A DNA stretch of 64,000 nucleotides, from contig JAVZHQ010000001.1 in NCBI GenBank assembly GCA_038998335.1, positions 224,001-288,000 of the forward strand, given 5' to 3'. Each line of letters begins with the position of its first letter. The stretch's first letter is position 1. Shown here one piece after another: positions 9,577-19,401 of this stretch. A model generated the notes under the pieces. That model searched no databases. It was not told the origin of the DNA and was given only the letters and a program-made list of their open reading frames with translations. Source of the stretch: Candidatus Aenigmatarchaeota archaeon. GTDB lineage: Archaea; Aenigmatarchaeota; Aenigmatarchaeia; CG10238-14; SCSR01. The translations under genes and the position numbers were made by a program.

Positions 9577-11549
9577 ACCTCAATTTTTCCAAGCTCTTCC
9601 AAGCTCTCTAAGCTATTCATCTTTATCATTTTGTTTGAAATAGTGTAGAGTATATCGTCAATATACAAAGTTCTCTTTATTTCATAATCATAGTCGTAAG
9701 GTTTTTCAGTGTGACTAATTCTTCCCCTTTCACTTATTCCTTCTTGTGTAATGTTAAAAACATAAGCTCCTTGCCATTTTTGGATATAATTCTCTGCTAC
9801 AGAAACAGGAATGACTAGTAAGTTCTTAGATTTGCTGAACAAGAATGCTTTATGATCAGAAGAAACAAGAGTATAGCTTCCTCTTGTTCCTATAACAATC
9901 TTCGAAATTTCTTTTGGATTAGAAAAATCACTAACATCAAATAAAGAAATTTTTACTCCTAGCTCTCTTCCTTGGTCGTCAGCGTCTTTACCTATTCCTA
10001 TTAAATGGGTTCCATCGTAAGGGTGTAAATAATCAGAATATCCTGGAATTTTTAGTTCGCCAAGAATTTTTGGGTTTGTTTCATCTTCTAAATCAATAAC
10101 AAATAAAGGATCTGTTCTTCTAAAAGTTACCATGTAAGCTTTATCACCAACAAACCTTACAGCAAAAATTCTCTCAGTTCTTGCTATATTCTCTATCTTG
10201 CCTAAAATGTTTAAGTTTTCATCTAATGTATAAATATTGTTAAAAACTTCTCTTCCGTAGCTTGAAGTTGTTGCTATCCTAAAATGATTGTTGTCTTCGT
10301 CCATGGAAAATTGATTTAAAACACTTCCAGGCACTTCTCCGCTGACCTTATACTCTATGTTTCCTTCAGAAATTGAAATTTTATGGATAATTGTTTTCTC
10401 CAATTCTTTAATTATTTCTTCCATTACTTTTTCATATCTATTCTGCAACTCTTTCATGAAAGAAGCTGCTTGCTCAGGGTTAAGAGTTTTGGTATAATTT
10501 TCTATTACTTCCTCTATTTTGTTCATCTTATCATAAATGTTAATGTTTGATTCTTTTACTTCCTCTATTTTTTCCTTAACTTCCTGTGGAACTACAGGCA
10601 AGATTGCCTCATCTATTATTCTTTCATAAAAGTCATAAATGCTGTAGGTTTTAGTGTAAACTATGTAGATGTTGTTTGAAGAAACATAAAGATTTTGAGT
10701 TGCTCCTATGAGAAAAGTTTTAACGTTTATTTCTTCCTCATCGTTTTGTGTGTTTAAAGCTATAACATTAGTAAACGAATAAGAATAATCAAAAATAGGT
10801 GAGTAGTAAATTTCCTCAGCCTTTACTTCTTTTACTTTGTTTCCTTCTACTACCGAAGGAAGAATTATTTCATCCTCATAAAATTCTAAAGGTTCATTAA
10901 CTATAACATAAACATAATCTCCTATCATTCTTGAGTCATAATAGCTTCCGTTAAGGTAGACTTCTCTTGTAACTTTTGGGTTAGCTTTATCTGAAACATC
11001 ATAAACATAAATGTAAGTTTTTGGGGTGTAGCGATAGTAAGGAATTAGTCCTCCTCTATATTCTCTTAAAGGAAGAGGATAGAAATAAGATTCGCTAGCA
11101 AAAATCACAAGCTTATCTTTGTTTATAAAAATTCCTTCAATACTTTTGTTTAAAGAAATTTTTGAAACAACTTTCGCGTTTTCAAGAGGGTAAGCCTCAA
11201 CTATCGTTAAGTTGTTTCCATAAACGGAATAAATGTATTGGCCATCAGTCTTTACCACGTCTGCTTCATCTACCCCTACAACTTGAACGTTTGTTGCTGA
11301 ATACTCTTGAGCAGCCGGAACAGCCAAAGGAGCGCCTGTTTTAATAGACTCAATTCCATACTCTCTAGCTATACCTATTCCTACTAAAGGAAGGTATTGT
11401 TCGCTAGAGGATTTAACAAAATTTTTAAGTTCCTCGTAAGATGAAAACTTTTTAAGCTCTACTTTATAAGTTTCAGGTCTTTTCTGGTAAAGTATCGAGA
11501 AAACTATTAAACAAATAATTAGCAAAAGGATTACTTTCCATAGCTTCAT
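9573..11549 (-). CDS. secreted beta-propeller-domain protein (COG4880-like)
   Basis: Signal anchor; YSATNVQVVGVDEADVVKTDG; LNQFSMDE; VTFRRTDPLFVIDL; GELKIPGYSDYLHP. Confidence 0.85.
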   Translation of the reverse strand: MKLWKVILLLIICLIVFSILYQKRPETYKVELKKFSSYEELKNFVKSSSEQYLPLVGIGIAREYGIESIKTGAPLAVPAAQEYSATNVQVVGVDEADVVKTDGQYIYSVYGNNLTIVEAYPLENAKVVSKISLNKSIEGIFINKDKLVIFASESYFYPLPLREYRGGLIPYYRYTPKTYIYVYDVSDKANPKVTREVYLNGSYYDSRMIGDYVYVIVNEPLEFYEDEIILPSVVEGNKVKEVKAEEIYYSPIFDYSYSFTNVIALNTQNDEEEINVKTFLIGATQNLYVSSNNIYIVYTKTYSIYDFYERIIDEAILPVVPQEVKEKIEEVKESNINIYDKMNKIEEVIENYTKTLNPEQAASFMKELQNRYEKVMEEIIKELEKTIIHKISISEGNIEYKVSGEVPGSVLNQFSMDEDNNHFRIATTSSYGREVFNNIYTLDENLNILGKIENIARTERIFAVRFVGDKAYMVTFRRTDPLFVIDLEDETNPKILGELKIPGYSDYLHPYDGTHLIGIGKDADDQGRELGVKISLFDVSDFSNPKEISKIVIGTRGSYTLVSSDHKAFLFSKSKNLLVIPVSVAENYIQKWQGAYVFNITQEGISERGRISHTEKPYDYDYEIKRTLYIDDILYTISNKMIKMNSLESLEELGKIEV

Positions 11550-11605
11550 AAATTTTTCTTGTCTTTTTATTCTTAAATGTTTAGCTTTTTTATTTGGCTT
11601 TTGCC

Positions 11606-12160
11606 CTAAAGAAAACGTTTAAGCCTTGCTTCAAACTCACAGTATTCGTGGCCCATAGCTTTACATTTTGTCTCTTCAACCACAACTTCTTCTCCCCAGA
11701 TTGCAGAAGCCCCTCCTGCCAAACTTCCCATCAAAAAAGCACATACTGGTTTTTTAGATTTTCCATAAAATTGAGCCTCAAAAGAATTATAAATTCTTCC
11801 TGTAATAGTTTCTCCCTTTTCTAGCTTACCTTCTTCAACTATTTCTCCCCTCCCCCAGCCTTCACCTTGAACTATTTGTAAAACTTTCTTAGCTATTTCT
11901 ATTCTTTTAACCCCAAGTTTTGCCAGGATATAAGCTGTTAAATTTCGTTTAAGAGCTTTTTCCACAACTTTATAAGCTTGGTCAAAAGCTCCTTGATAAA
12001 TTATTCCTTTTGTTGCAACTCCAACTATTTTACTTAAATCTTTGTTTAAAACTGGCAATACTTCTGCTGGTAAGGTTATATAAGGTAATCCTATAAACTC
12101 TAGCTTTCCTTTTTCGTACTTAATCTCTCTAACCAAAGGCCACCAAATCTTCTCTTTCAT
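11606..12160 (-). CDS. V4R-domain protein
   Basis: GWGR, NSFEA, PVCAFLMGSLAG, EETKCKAMGHEYCEF. Confidence 0.85.
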   Translation of the reverse strand: MKEKIWWPLVREIKYEKGKLEFIGLPYITLPAEVLPVLNKDLSKIVGVATKGIIYQGAFDQAYKVVEKALKRNLTAYILAKLGVKRIEIAKKVLQIVQGEGWGRGEIVEEGKLEKGETITGRIYNSFEAQFYGKSKKPVCAFLMGSLAGGASAIWGEEVVVEETKCKAMGHEYCEFEARLKRFL

Positions 12161-12675
12161 ACTAGGCTTACCTCAAACTCACAAAAATTATCACCAACAG
12201 CTTTACACTTTCTTTCTTTAACAGAAACTTTTTTGTTTAAAATTGCTGAAAACAATCCAGCAATAATTCCTGCAGTTATATAACATACAGGCTTATTAGG
12301 TTTTTCATAATACTGAGAAAATGAGCAACCATAAATTCTTATCAAGCTTTTGATTTCTTTTTCAACCTCAAGGCTAATTATATCAACACTACCGAAGCCC
12401 CAGTATTCAAGGTATTTTAGAAACTCTTTTATAACTTCCTCTTTTGTTAAGTCTTTTGGCAAGAATTTTTTCCAGTTCTTATAGTAGTTGTTAGCACTTT
12501 TTTCACAACTTTTATATATTTCAACGTTGGCTATTTCTCCTATCGTTTTTAAAATAGCTAAATGAATCGAAGGAAGCATTCTTGCAGACATAAAAACTAG
12601 TCTTTGCTTGTTTAGTATTAGTTCTCCTTTTTCAGGCTTATAGAATATTTTTTTGAGGATTGGCCACTCTTCCAT
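12157..12675 (-). CDS. V4R-domain protein (paralog of 11606-12160)
   Basis: WGFG, PVCYITAGIIAG, KERKCKAVGDNFCEF. Confidence 0.85.
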   Translation of the reverse strand: MEEWPILKKIFYKPEKGELILNKQRLVFMSARMLPSIHLAILKTIGEIANVEIYKSCEKSANNYYKNWKKFLPKDLTKEEVIKEFLKYLEYWGFGSVDIISLEVEKEIKSLIRIYGCSFSQYYEKPNKPVCYITAGIIAGLFSAILNKKVSVKERKCKAVGDNFCEFEVSLV

Positions 12676-12720
12676 TAATTGATTTTATTTTTTTAAGTTT
12701 AAAATCGTTTTTTATTTTTG

Positions 12721-13599
12721 ATGCCACTTTTTTCAGTAGTAACAACAGCAAAGAATGAAGAAAGAAAAACGATAGAAGAGGTTTTTCAAAACTGGGAGCT
12801 AACAAAAGAAATTTTTGAAAGAAAAACCGAGAAAAAAGTTGAGTTTATAGTTGTGGATGCGGGTAATAATTCAGAAATTCCAAAACTAAAAGATTCTTTT
12901 GTTGTTGGAGAAGAAATTTATCAAGATTATAGAAAATTTCTTTATTCTTCAGGTAAAATAAAATACAAATCTTGGGACTGCCCAAGCATAGGAAGAAATC
13001 TTGGTTTTAAATATTGCAAAGGAAATATAGTAGTTTTCCAAGATATAGACACTCTTTTCTCAACAGGCACTGAACTTGATTTTAATTACATAAACCCAAA
13101 TCTTGATAAGTATGAGAATTATTTTGAAGTTATGTATAAAGCTTTTAGAAAAAAATCGATAGTTGCAGCTTCGCCTTCTGCCAGAGCTTACGATGTTAAG
13201 AAAATTAGCAGAAGGTTTGGAATGATGGGGGAAAACTACATGGTTTGGTTGTCTTGTAAGCTACCAACCTTAAAAATAAGAAATAATTTTATTGGTGGAC
13301 CAAGCATTCCTGGTTTTAGTATATCAGCTTTAAAAAATGTTTGTGATAAAATTTACGAAGAAAAAGGGTTTTTGTTCGACCCTGAGTTAGCGATAGCAGA
13401 AGACCATAAGTTTTCTAGAATGTTAAGATTGTTTGGTAAAATTTCCTACGAGAGAAAAGCAGGGGTTTTCACAAGAACTGTTAAAAGAGTAACTCCAGGG
13501 TTTGATTTGTTAAAATCCCTTTTATACGCTGCAAAATGGTTTTTACCTTATTTTTGTCCAGATTTTTTTAAGTACCATAAACATGTTTTATCTGTTTAG
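12721..13599 (+). CDS. glycosyltransferase family 2
   Basis: FSVVTTAKNEE, IVVDAG, GRNLG, FQDID, AEDHKF. Confidence 0.8.
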   Translation: MPLFSVVTTAKNEERKTIEEVFQNWELTKEIFERKTEKKVEFIVVDAGNNSEIPKLKDSFVVGEEIYQDYRKFLYSSGKIKYKSWDCPSIGRNLGFKYCKGNIVVFQDIDTLFSTGTELDFNYINPNLDKYENYFEVMYKAFRKKSIVAASPSARAYDVKKISRRFGMMGENYMVWLSCKLPTLKIRNNFIGGPSIPGFSISALKNVCDKIYEEKGFLFDPELAIAEDHKFSRMLRLFGKISYERKAGVFTRTVKRVTPGFDLLKSLLYAAKWFLPYFCPDFFKYHKHVLSV

Positions 13600-13636
13600 C
13601 AAAAAGCTTTTAAATTAAAAGTGCAGAAGGATAATT

Positions 13637-13918
13637 ATGGAAGAAGAAAAAATTGAAGAAGTGAATAAGAAACTTGTTGGAAAAGTAACTCACTACTATG
13701 GAAAAATCGGAGTTGCAGTTGTTGAGCTTCAAGATGAACTAAGCGTTAACGATGAAGTAATAATTGAAGGTAAAGTAACAAAGCTAAGACAAAAACCTCC
13801 TTTATCCATGCAAATAGAACATAAAAACGTTGAAGTAGCAAAAGCAGGCGATTCTATTGGCTTAAAGGTTGACGAGAAAGTAAGGGAAAACGACTTGGTT
13901 TACAAAGTGGTTCAGTAA
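13637..13918 (+). CDS. translation-factor beta-barrel-like / peptidase U32 C-terminal-like small protein
   Basis: VGKVTHYYGKIGVAVV...SMQIEH...AKAGDSIGLKV...VREND.VYK. Confidence 0.75.
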   Translation: MEEEKIEEVNKKLVGKVTHYYGKIGVAVVELQDELSVNDEVIIEGKVTKLRQKPPLSMQIEHKNVEVAKAGDSIGLKVDEKVRENDLVYKVVQ

Positions 13919-13939
13919 ATCTAAGTAAAATTTTTATCT

Positions 13940-15970
13940 TTAACCAATTTTTTCTATTTTCACGTTACAGTACTTAAAGGCTGGTATTTTTGAAACTGGG
14001 TCTAGAATCGGGCTAGTTAACTTGTTTACCTTTTTTTCTGAGTAATGGTTTGGAGCTGCCAATACTCCTTTGTTTACCCTATCGCTAATTTTAGCTTTTA
14101 TCTCAACTTGGCCAAAAGGTGAAGATATTTTTATTACTTCTCCATCTTTAATCTTAAGCTCTTCTGCATCCTCTTTGCTAATTTCAACATAAGCTTCAGG
14201 CTTGAGCTTGTTTAGGCTATCAACCTTCCTTGTCATCACTCCAGTGTTAAAATGTTCAAGCCATCTGTGAGAAATTAGAACATAAGGATAAGCATGATCA
14301 AGAGTTTGCGGCCCAACAAATGAAACAGGATAGAAAATTGCCCTTTTTCCTGGATAACCAAAATCTTTTGTGTATAGAATTTGAGTTCCTTTTGGGTTTT
14401 TATTATCGCAAGGCCATTGTATGCCTTTTCTTCCTAGTTTTTTATATGTTATTCCAGAATATTGAGGAATTGCTTTTCTCATTTCCTTAAAAATTTCTTC
14501 TGGTGAATTAAAGTTAAACTCATCTTTAAAGCCCATTCTCTCTGCCAAAAGTTTTACTATGACCCAATCTTCTTTTGCTTCTCCTGGTGGCTCAACAGCT
14601 TTATTGATTAGTTGAACTCTTCTTTCACTGTTTGTAAAAGTTCCGGTTTTTTCTAAAAAGTCTGCTGCAGGCAGAATTATGTTAGCAAGCTTTGCAGTTT
14701 CTGTCATAAAAATATCTTGAACAACAAGAAACTCCAAATTTTTTAAGTTTTCCTCTACTCTGTTAGAGTTTGGTAACGAAACTACAGGGTTATTTCCGAT
14801 TATGTACATACCAAGAATTCTTTCAGGAATGGCTTCAATCATCTCATACTCAGTTAATCCCTTAGAAATAGGTAAACCTTTTACCTTCCAAATTTTTTCA
14901 AATTTTTTTATGGTTTCCTGTGTCAAAGAAGAATAACCAGGATAAACGTTCGGCAGGGCTCCAACATCACAAGCTCCTTGAACGTTATTGCAGCCTCTTA
15001 AAGGATTAATTCCTGAGCCAGGTTTTCCAAAATTTCCAGTAAGCAAAACTAAATCTGTTATAGTTAAAATGTTTTCAACACCATTACTATGCTGGGTTAT
15101 TCCCATTCCAATTAACACAGCAGCTCTCTTAGATTTAGCATAGAGCAAAGCCACTTCCCTTATAGTTTTTTCTTCTACACCTGTCATTTTTGAAATGTAG
15201 CTGAGGTCAAACTTTTCTAAACTTTTCTTCAGTTGCTCAAAGCCTAAGGTTCTTTCTTTAATGAATTTTTTATTTTCTAATTTTTCTTCAAGAATGACTT
15301 TCATCAAACCTGCAACAAAAAGTATGTCAGTATTTGGGTTAATTCTAACAAAAATATCAGCTTTTTCTGCAGTCTCTGTTTTTCTTACATCCACAACAAC
15401 AAGCTTCCCATGCTTCTTCATTTCTAAGATTCTATCAAAGCCTATTGGTTGGGTAGCTACAGGGTTTACACCAAAAGCTAAAATGCAATCAGCTTCTTTC
15501 AAGTCTTCATAGCTGTTTGTCATAGCTGACTTTCCAAGAATTTCATATAAACCAGTAATAGTAGAAGCATGGCAAAGCCTAGTACAATTGTCTATGTTGT
15601 TAGTGCCTATAACAACCCTAGCAAACTTTTGAATTAAATAGTTTTCTTCGTTCGTGCATTTTGTTGAAGAAAAAATTCCAATAGAATTTTTTCCATAAGT
15701 ATCCCTTATTCTCACGAATTCTTCTGCTATTATGTCCAAAGCTTTATTCCAAGAAATTCTCTCAAACTTATCTCCTTTTCTGATTAAAGGATACTTTAAC
15801 CTTCCTGGATGGTTCGCTACTTGCAATAAAGTAGCCCCTTTTATGCAAAGTCTCCCTTTGCTGATTGGATGGTCCTTTTGCGGGTTAATTCTTGCAATTT
15901 CTCCTTTTTCTACTTCAACTTCTAGCCCGCAACCAACACCACAATAGGGGCAAACAGAGAATACTCTCAT
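13940..15970 (-). CDS. fdhF: formate dehydrogenase alpha subunit (Mo/W-bisPGD, Cys-type)
   Basis: CPYCGVGC...C 4Fe-4S motif; NNIDNCTRLCHAS; LRGCNNVQGACD; GTFTNSERRVQ. Confidence 0.85.
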   Translation of the reverse strand: MRVFSVCPYCGVGCGLEVEVEKGEIARINPQKDHPISKGRLCIKGATLLQVANHPGRLKYPLIRKGDKFERISWNKALDIIAEEFVRIRDTYGKNSIGIFSSTKCTNEENYLIQKFARVVIGTNNIDNCTRLCHASTITGLYEILGKSAMTNSYEDLKEADCILAFGVNPVATQPIGFDRILEMKKHGKLVVVDVRKTETAEKADIFVRINPNTDILFVAGLMKVILEEKLENKKFIKERTLGFEQLKKSLEKFDLSYISKMTGVEEKTIREVALLYAKSKRAAVLIGMGITQHSNGVENILTITDLVLLTGNFGKPGSGINPLRGCNNVQGACDVGALPNVYPGYSSLTQETIKKFEKIWKVKGLPISKGLTEYEMIEAIPERILGMYIIGNNPVVSLPNSNRVEENLKNLEFLVVQDIFMTETAKLANIILPAADFLEKTGTFTNSERRVQLINKAVEPPGEAKEDWVIVKLLAERMGFKDEFNFNSPEEIFKEMRKAIPQYSGITYKKLGRKGIQWPCDNKNPKGTQILYTKDFGYPGKRAIFYPVSFVGPQTLDHAYPYVLISHRWLEHFNTGVMTRKVDSLNKLKPEAYVEISKEDAEELKIKDGEVIKISSPFGQVEIKAKISDRVNKGVLAAPNHYSEKKVNKLTSPILDPVSKIPAFKYCNVKIEKIG

Positions 15971-16008
15971 TAAATATAGTTTAATTTTTATAATAAATTA
16001 TTTTAATC

Positions 16009-16581
16009 ATGGAGATAAGCTGCTTGATTCTTGCTGGTGGTAAGTCTTCTAGGCTTAAGAATAAACCTTTTGTGGTTCTAAAAGATAAACCTTTGGTAAA
16101 ACACGTGTTTGATAATTTAAGGAAAATTTTCTCAGACATTGTTATTGTTGTTAAGAACGAGAAGGATAAAGTAAAGGTTGAAAGGATTATAAAAGATTGT
16201 AGAATAGTTGTTGATGAAAACAAAGTTTTTTCACCTATCGCAGGAATAGTTTCAGGAATTAAACATGTAAAAAATGATTTTGTTTTTGTTGTAGCTTGTG
16301 ACATGCCTTTTGTGAAAGAAAAAACAGTAAAGGAATTGCTCTCAAGAATAGATAATGAAACGAAATGCGCATGCTATGCTTATTCTTTAAACAAGTTTGA
16401 ACCCCTGTGTGCAATTTACAGAAAAGATTTTTTCAAAGGAATAAGTCTAGAAGAAAGCTTGAGTAAAGCTATAGAAAAAGAGAGGAATAGGGTTTTAGTT
16501 CCAATTGCTAAAGAAACCGACGAGTTTTTTAACATAAACACAAAAAGAGATTTTAAAAAAGCAGAAAAATTACTCTCCTGA
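16009..16581 (+). CDS. mobA: molybdenum cofactor guanylyltransferase
   Basis: LILAGGKSSRL, VACDMPF, EPLCAIY, FFNINT. Confidence 0.88.
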   Translation: MEISCLILAGGKSSRLKNKPFVVLKDKPLVKHVFDNLRKIFSDIVIVVKNEKDKVKVERIIKDCRIVVDENKVFSPIAGIVSGIKHVKNDFVFVVACDMPFVKEKTVKELLSRIDNETKCACYAYSLNKFEPLCAIYRKDFFKGISLEESLSKAIEKERNRVLVPIAKETDEFFNINTKRDFKKAEKLLS

Positions 16582-16755
16582 AAGGCTTGGTATTAAACCT
16601 ATTTTTTCGAACAAAAACCATAAAGTCAATATTAATAAGAGCAAGGATGCTACAAGCATGCCTGGAGAGATTTGAAAACCTTGAAAATAGTTTCTTAATA
16701 TTTCATAAACAAGGTAAAAAACTATGATGTCCCTTATAAAAGAGCGAAAACCCAT
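16570..16755 (-). CDS. small 2-TM membrane protein
   Basis: MGFRSFIRDIIVFYLVYEIL; resembles 27242-27394. Confidence 0.65.
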   Translation of the reverse strand: MGFRSFIRDIIVFYLVYEILRNYFQGFQISPGMLVASLLLLILTLWFLFEKIGLIPSLSGE

Positions 16756-16792
16756 ATTAATTAATTATTTCACTAATAAAAATATTGAGAGT

Positions 16793-17473
16793 ATGAGAAT
16801 AGTAATCGGTTTGGGAGGTTCGCTTTTAACAAAAGAGCTTACTTACGAGAATTTCAAGAAGTATGCAGAGGTTTTGATTAAACTTAAGGAAAAAGGTCAT
16901 AGGCTAATAGTTATTTGTGGCGGAGGAAAAACTTGTAGAGAGTATCAAAAAATAGCAAAAGAGTTTAACGCTACATCAACTTTTGTTGACAGGATTGGAA
17001 TCATAGCAACAAGGCTTAACGCTTTAACTTTAATCTCAGCTTTGGGTGAACAAGCTTATAAAGATGTTGTTAAAAGTGTGGAAGAGTTAGAAAATTTACC
17101 AGAAGATAAAATAATAGTAGGAGCAGGAATATTCCCAGGCCATTCCACAGATTTTGATTCTGCAATATTTGCTGAAGCGGTAAGGGCTGATATTTTAATA
17201 AAAGCAACCAATGTAGATGGAGTTTACACTTCTGACCCAACTCAAGACCCTCAAGCTAGAAAACTGGAAAAAGTAAGTTATGAGGAATTTGAAAAGATTT
17301 TGCTAAAAAACAGGCAAGGACCAGGAGAATACAAGCTTTTTGATTTATCTGCTGCAAAGATAATAGCAAGGTCAAGAATAAGAACAATAATAGTTGATGG
17401 AAGCGATCCAGAAGAAATTTTAAGAGCAGTAGAAGGAAAACATAAAGGAAGTGAAGTTTTAAGTTTAGGCTAA
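16793..17473 (+). CDS. pyrH: UMP kinase (archaeal type)
   Basis: MRIVIGLGGS, CGGGKTCREY, PGHSTD, ATNVDGVYTSDP. Confidence 0.9.
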   Translation: MRIVIGLGGSLLTKELTYENFKKYAEVLIKLKEKGHRLIVICGGGKTCREYQKIAKEFNATSTFVDRIGIIATRLNALTLISALGEQAYKDVVKSVEELENLPEDKIIVGAGIFPGHSTDFDSAIFAEAVRADILIKATNVDGVYTSDPTQDPQARKLEKVSYEEFEKILLKNRQGPGEYKLFDLSAAKIIARSRIRTIIVDGSDPEEILRAVEGKHKGSEVLSLG

Positions 17474-17490
17474 AAATAAATTATTAGAAA

Positions 17491-17576
17491 GCCCTGGTAG
17501 CTCAGTTGGTTAGAGCGCATAGTTTAGCGTAAGCTTGGTAAGCATGAGGTCCCGGGTTCAAGTCCCGGCCAGGGCT
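17491..17576 (+). tRNA. tRNA-Thr(GGT) with 12-nt intron at position 29/30 (17521-17532)
   Basis: Acceptor GCCCTGG/CCAGGGC; D arm GCTC/GAGC; removing AGTTTAGCGTAA restores CATGC-TTGGTAA-GCATG. Confidence 0.9.
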
Positions 17577-17688
17577 TTACGGCACAACCACAAATCCCTT
17601 ACCAATAAAAAGGGATATAACTAGTCAACAAAAGGGAAAGGCAAATTGCAGAAAAATTCTACGAGTAGTTTTGACGGTAATTATCATG

Positions 17689-19071
17689 CTAAATGCTTTT
17701 GCTTGTCCACAAAGCATGTGGTTTAAATTTTGTTTCTAAATTCGAAAATATTAAGTCAACTTCTTCTTTCCACTCATAAAACCCTTCAGGATTTTTTGGA
17801 TATTCTAAACAAATCTCCTGAAGTTTTCTCATGATTCTTGTAACATAGTTTAAATTTCTCATAAGGTCAAATCTCTTAATTCCTTTCAAAGTTCTGACAG
17901 CTTTTTCTAGTATGCTTAACCTAAGCTCAGTTTCTGTTGTTAGAGCTATTAAATCCTCTTCCCTTATTATTTCCTGATTTCTTATATAATCTATATCTTT
18001 TGAAGTAAGACTTTGAAGAAGAATCCTTAAAGCATCTAAAGGTAAATACTTGTAACCATAACTTTTTGTGTAAAGCTCAAAGTTGTAAAGCCATAAATTT
18101 TCTTTACTTGGATTATTATTTTCCAAGGCATTACATGCAACTTCTGAAGCAAGTTTTCCGCTTACTACTGCTTGTCCATTTCCACCTCCAGTAATGGGGT
18201 CAACTATGGAGCCTGCCTCTCCTGCTATTAAAAAACCGTTTCCAACAAGAGAGGTTAAAGGCCTTCTAGTTGAAACGTCCATACCTCCTGCCTGCTTTAC
18301 TCCATTTATTTCTAAAATTTTTGAGTCTTCAAACAATTCCATCTTGAGCAAAGTTTCATACAACCTCTTTTTTGGATTGGGATGGTTTGGTAGCTTTTGT
18401 ACCCCTAAGCCAACGTTTACAGTATTTTCATCATGAGGGAAAATCCAACCATAACCTCCAGGAAAATTCTCCGGGTTCAAGTATATTTCGCAATAATTTT
18501 TATTTTCCACTTTGTGTTTAATCTTTCTGATTTCTCTGTAAGCGCAATTAACATCCTTATCTTTAATCTCTTCTATTCCAAAATCGCTTGGAAGCTCGGA
18601 TCTAAATTTAGACCTAAGTCCACTTGCATCTATAACAATATCTCCATAGATTTTTCCTGATGAAAATACTTCCACACCTTTTACAAAATTTTTTTCTATA
18701 ATTGGTTTTTTAACAATAGTTTTATCGATCAATTTTGCTCCAGCATCTGTCGCAAAATCTAAAAGCAGTTGACCAAAAACGTATCTATTAAGCATACAAC
18801 CCTTATACTTTCCACCAGGAACTTTCCAGTAACCGAGAGATGGAGTATAAATAATTATTCCATCTATTTCATTAGTTTTCATTTCATCAAGAATGTTAAA
18901 TCCAGCTTCTTCAAAATGATGATAGCTTACCGCATTTCCACAAATTTTATCTCCAATTCTATTTTTTGGTTTTGCATCTATCAAACAAACATCAAAATTC
19001 CTTTTTGCAGCAGTAAGGGCAGCCATGCAGCCAGCAGAACCTGCTCCAACAACGATAATATCATACTTCAT
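17689..19071 (-). CDS. geranylgeranyl reductase-family FAD oxidoreductase
   Basis: MKYDIIVVGAGSAG, GDKICG, PGGYGWIFP, AGEAGSIVDPITGGG; start reassigned to 19071. Confidence 0.85.
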   Translation of the reverse strand: MKYDIIVVGAGSAGCMAALTAAKRNFDVCLIDAKPKNRIGDKICGNAVSYHHFEEAGFNILDEMKTNEIDGIIIYTPSLGYWKVPGGKYKGCMLNRYVFGQLLLDFATDAGAKLIDKTIVKKPIIEKNFVKGVEVFSSGKIYGDIVIDASGLRSKFRSELPSDFGIEEIKDKDVNCAYREIRKIKHKVENKNYCEIYLNPENFPGGYGWIFPHDENTVNVGLGVQKLPNHPNPKKRLYETLLKMELFEDSKILEINGVKQAGGMDVSTRRPLTSLVGNGFLIAGEAGSIVDPITGGGNGQAVVSGKLASEVACNALENNNPSKENLWLYNFELYTKSYGYKYLPLDALRILLQSLTSKDIDYIRNQEIIREEDLIALTTETELRLSILEKAVRTLKGIKRFDLMRNLNYVTRIMRKLQEICLEYPKNPEGFYEWKEEVDLIFSNLETKFKPHALWTSKSI

Positions 19072-19147
19072 GTAAAATAATTGAATTGAAAAAATAAAAA
19101 GTTTAGTCAATTCTCCAAAACTCGTATCGGAAAATAATTTTAAAAAG

Positions 19148-19360
19148 TTGGGAGTACAATCTTTAAAAGTGGAAGATAAAAGATTTTCTTCACTCTTAGA
19201 AAAATATAAGGTAACTGACAAGAGGGAAACGAAGAGAATACTCGAAAGCATAGAAAAAGCCAAGAAAATAAGGCTTGAGAAGGGCTTATTTTACGAGGTT
19301 GATGATGGAATTCTTATAGGAGTAAACAAGGATGGAAAGCTTATTGTTTATACATTATAA
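19148..19360 (+). CDS. small hypothetical protein
   Basis: ORF with typical codon usage. Confidence 0.5.
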   Translation: MGVQSLKVEDKRFSSLLEKYKVTDKRETKRILESIEKAKKIRLEKGLFYEVDDGILIGVNKDGKLIVYTL

Positions 19361-19401
19361 AAAGTTTAAATGGCTATTGCATCTTTATCGTGAAATACCC
19401 T

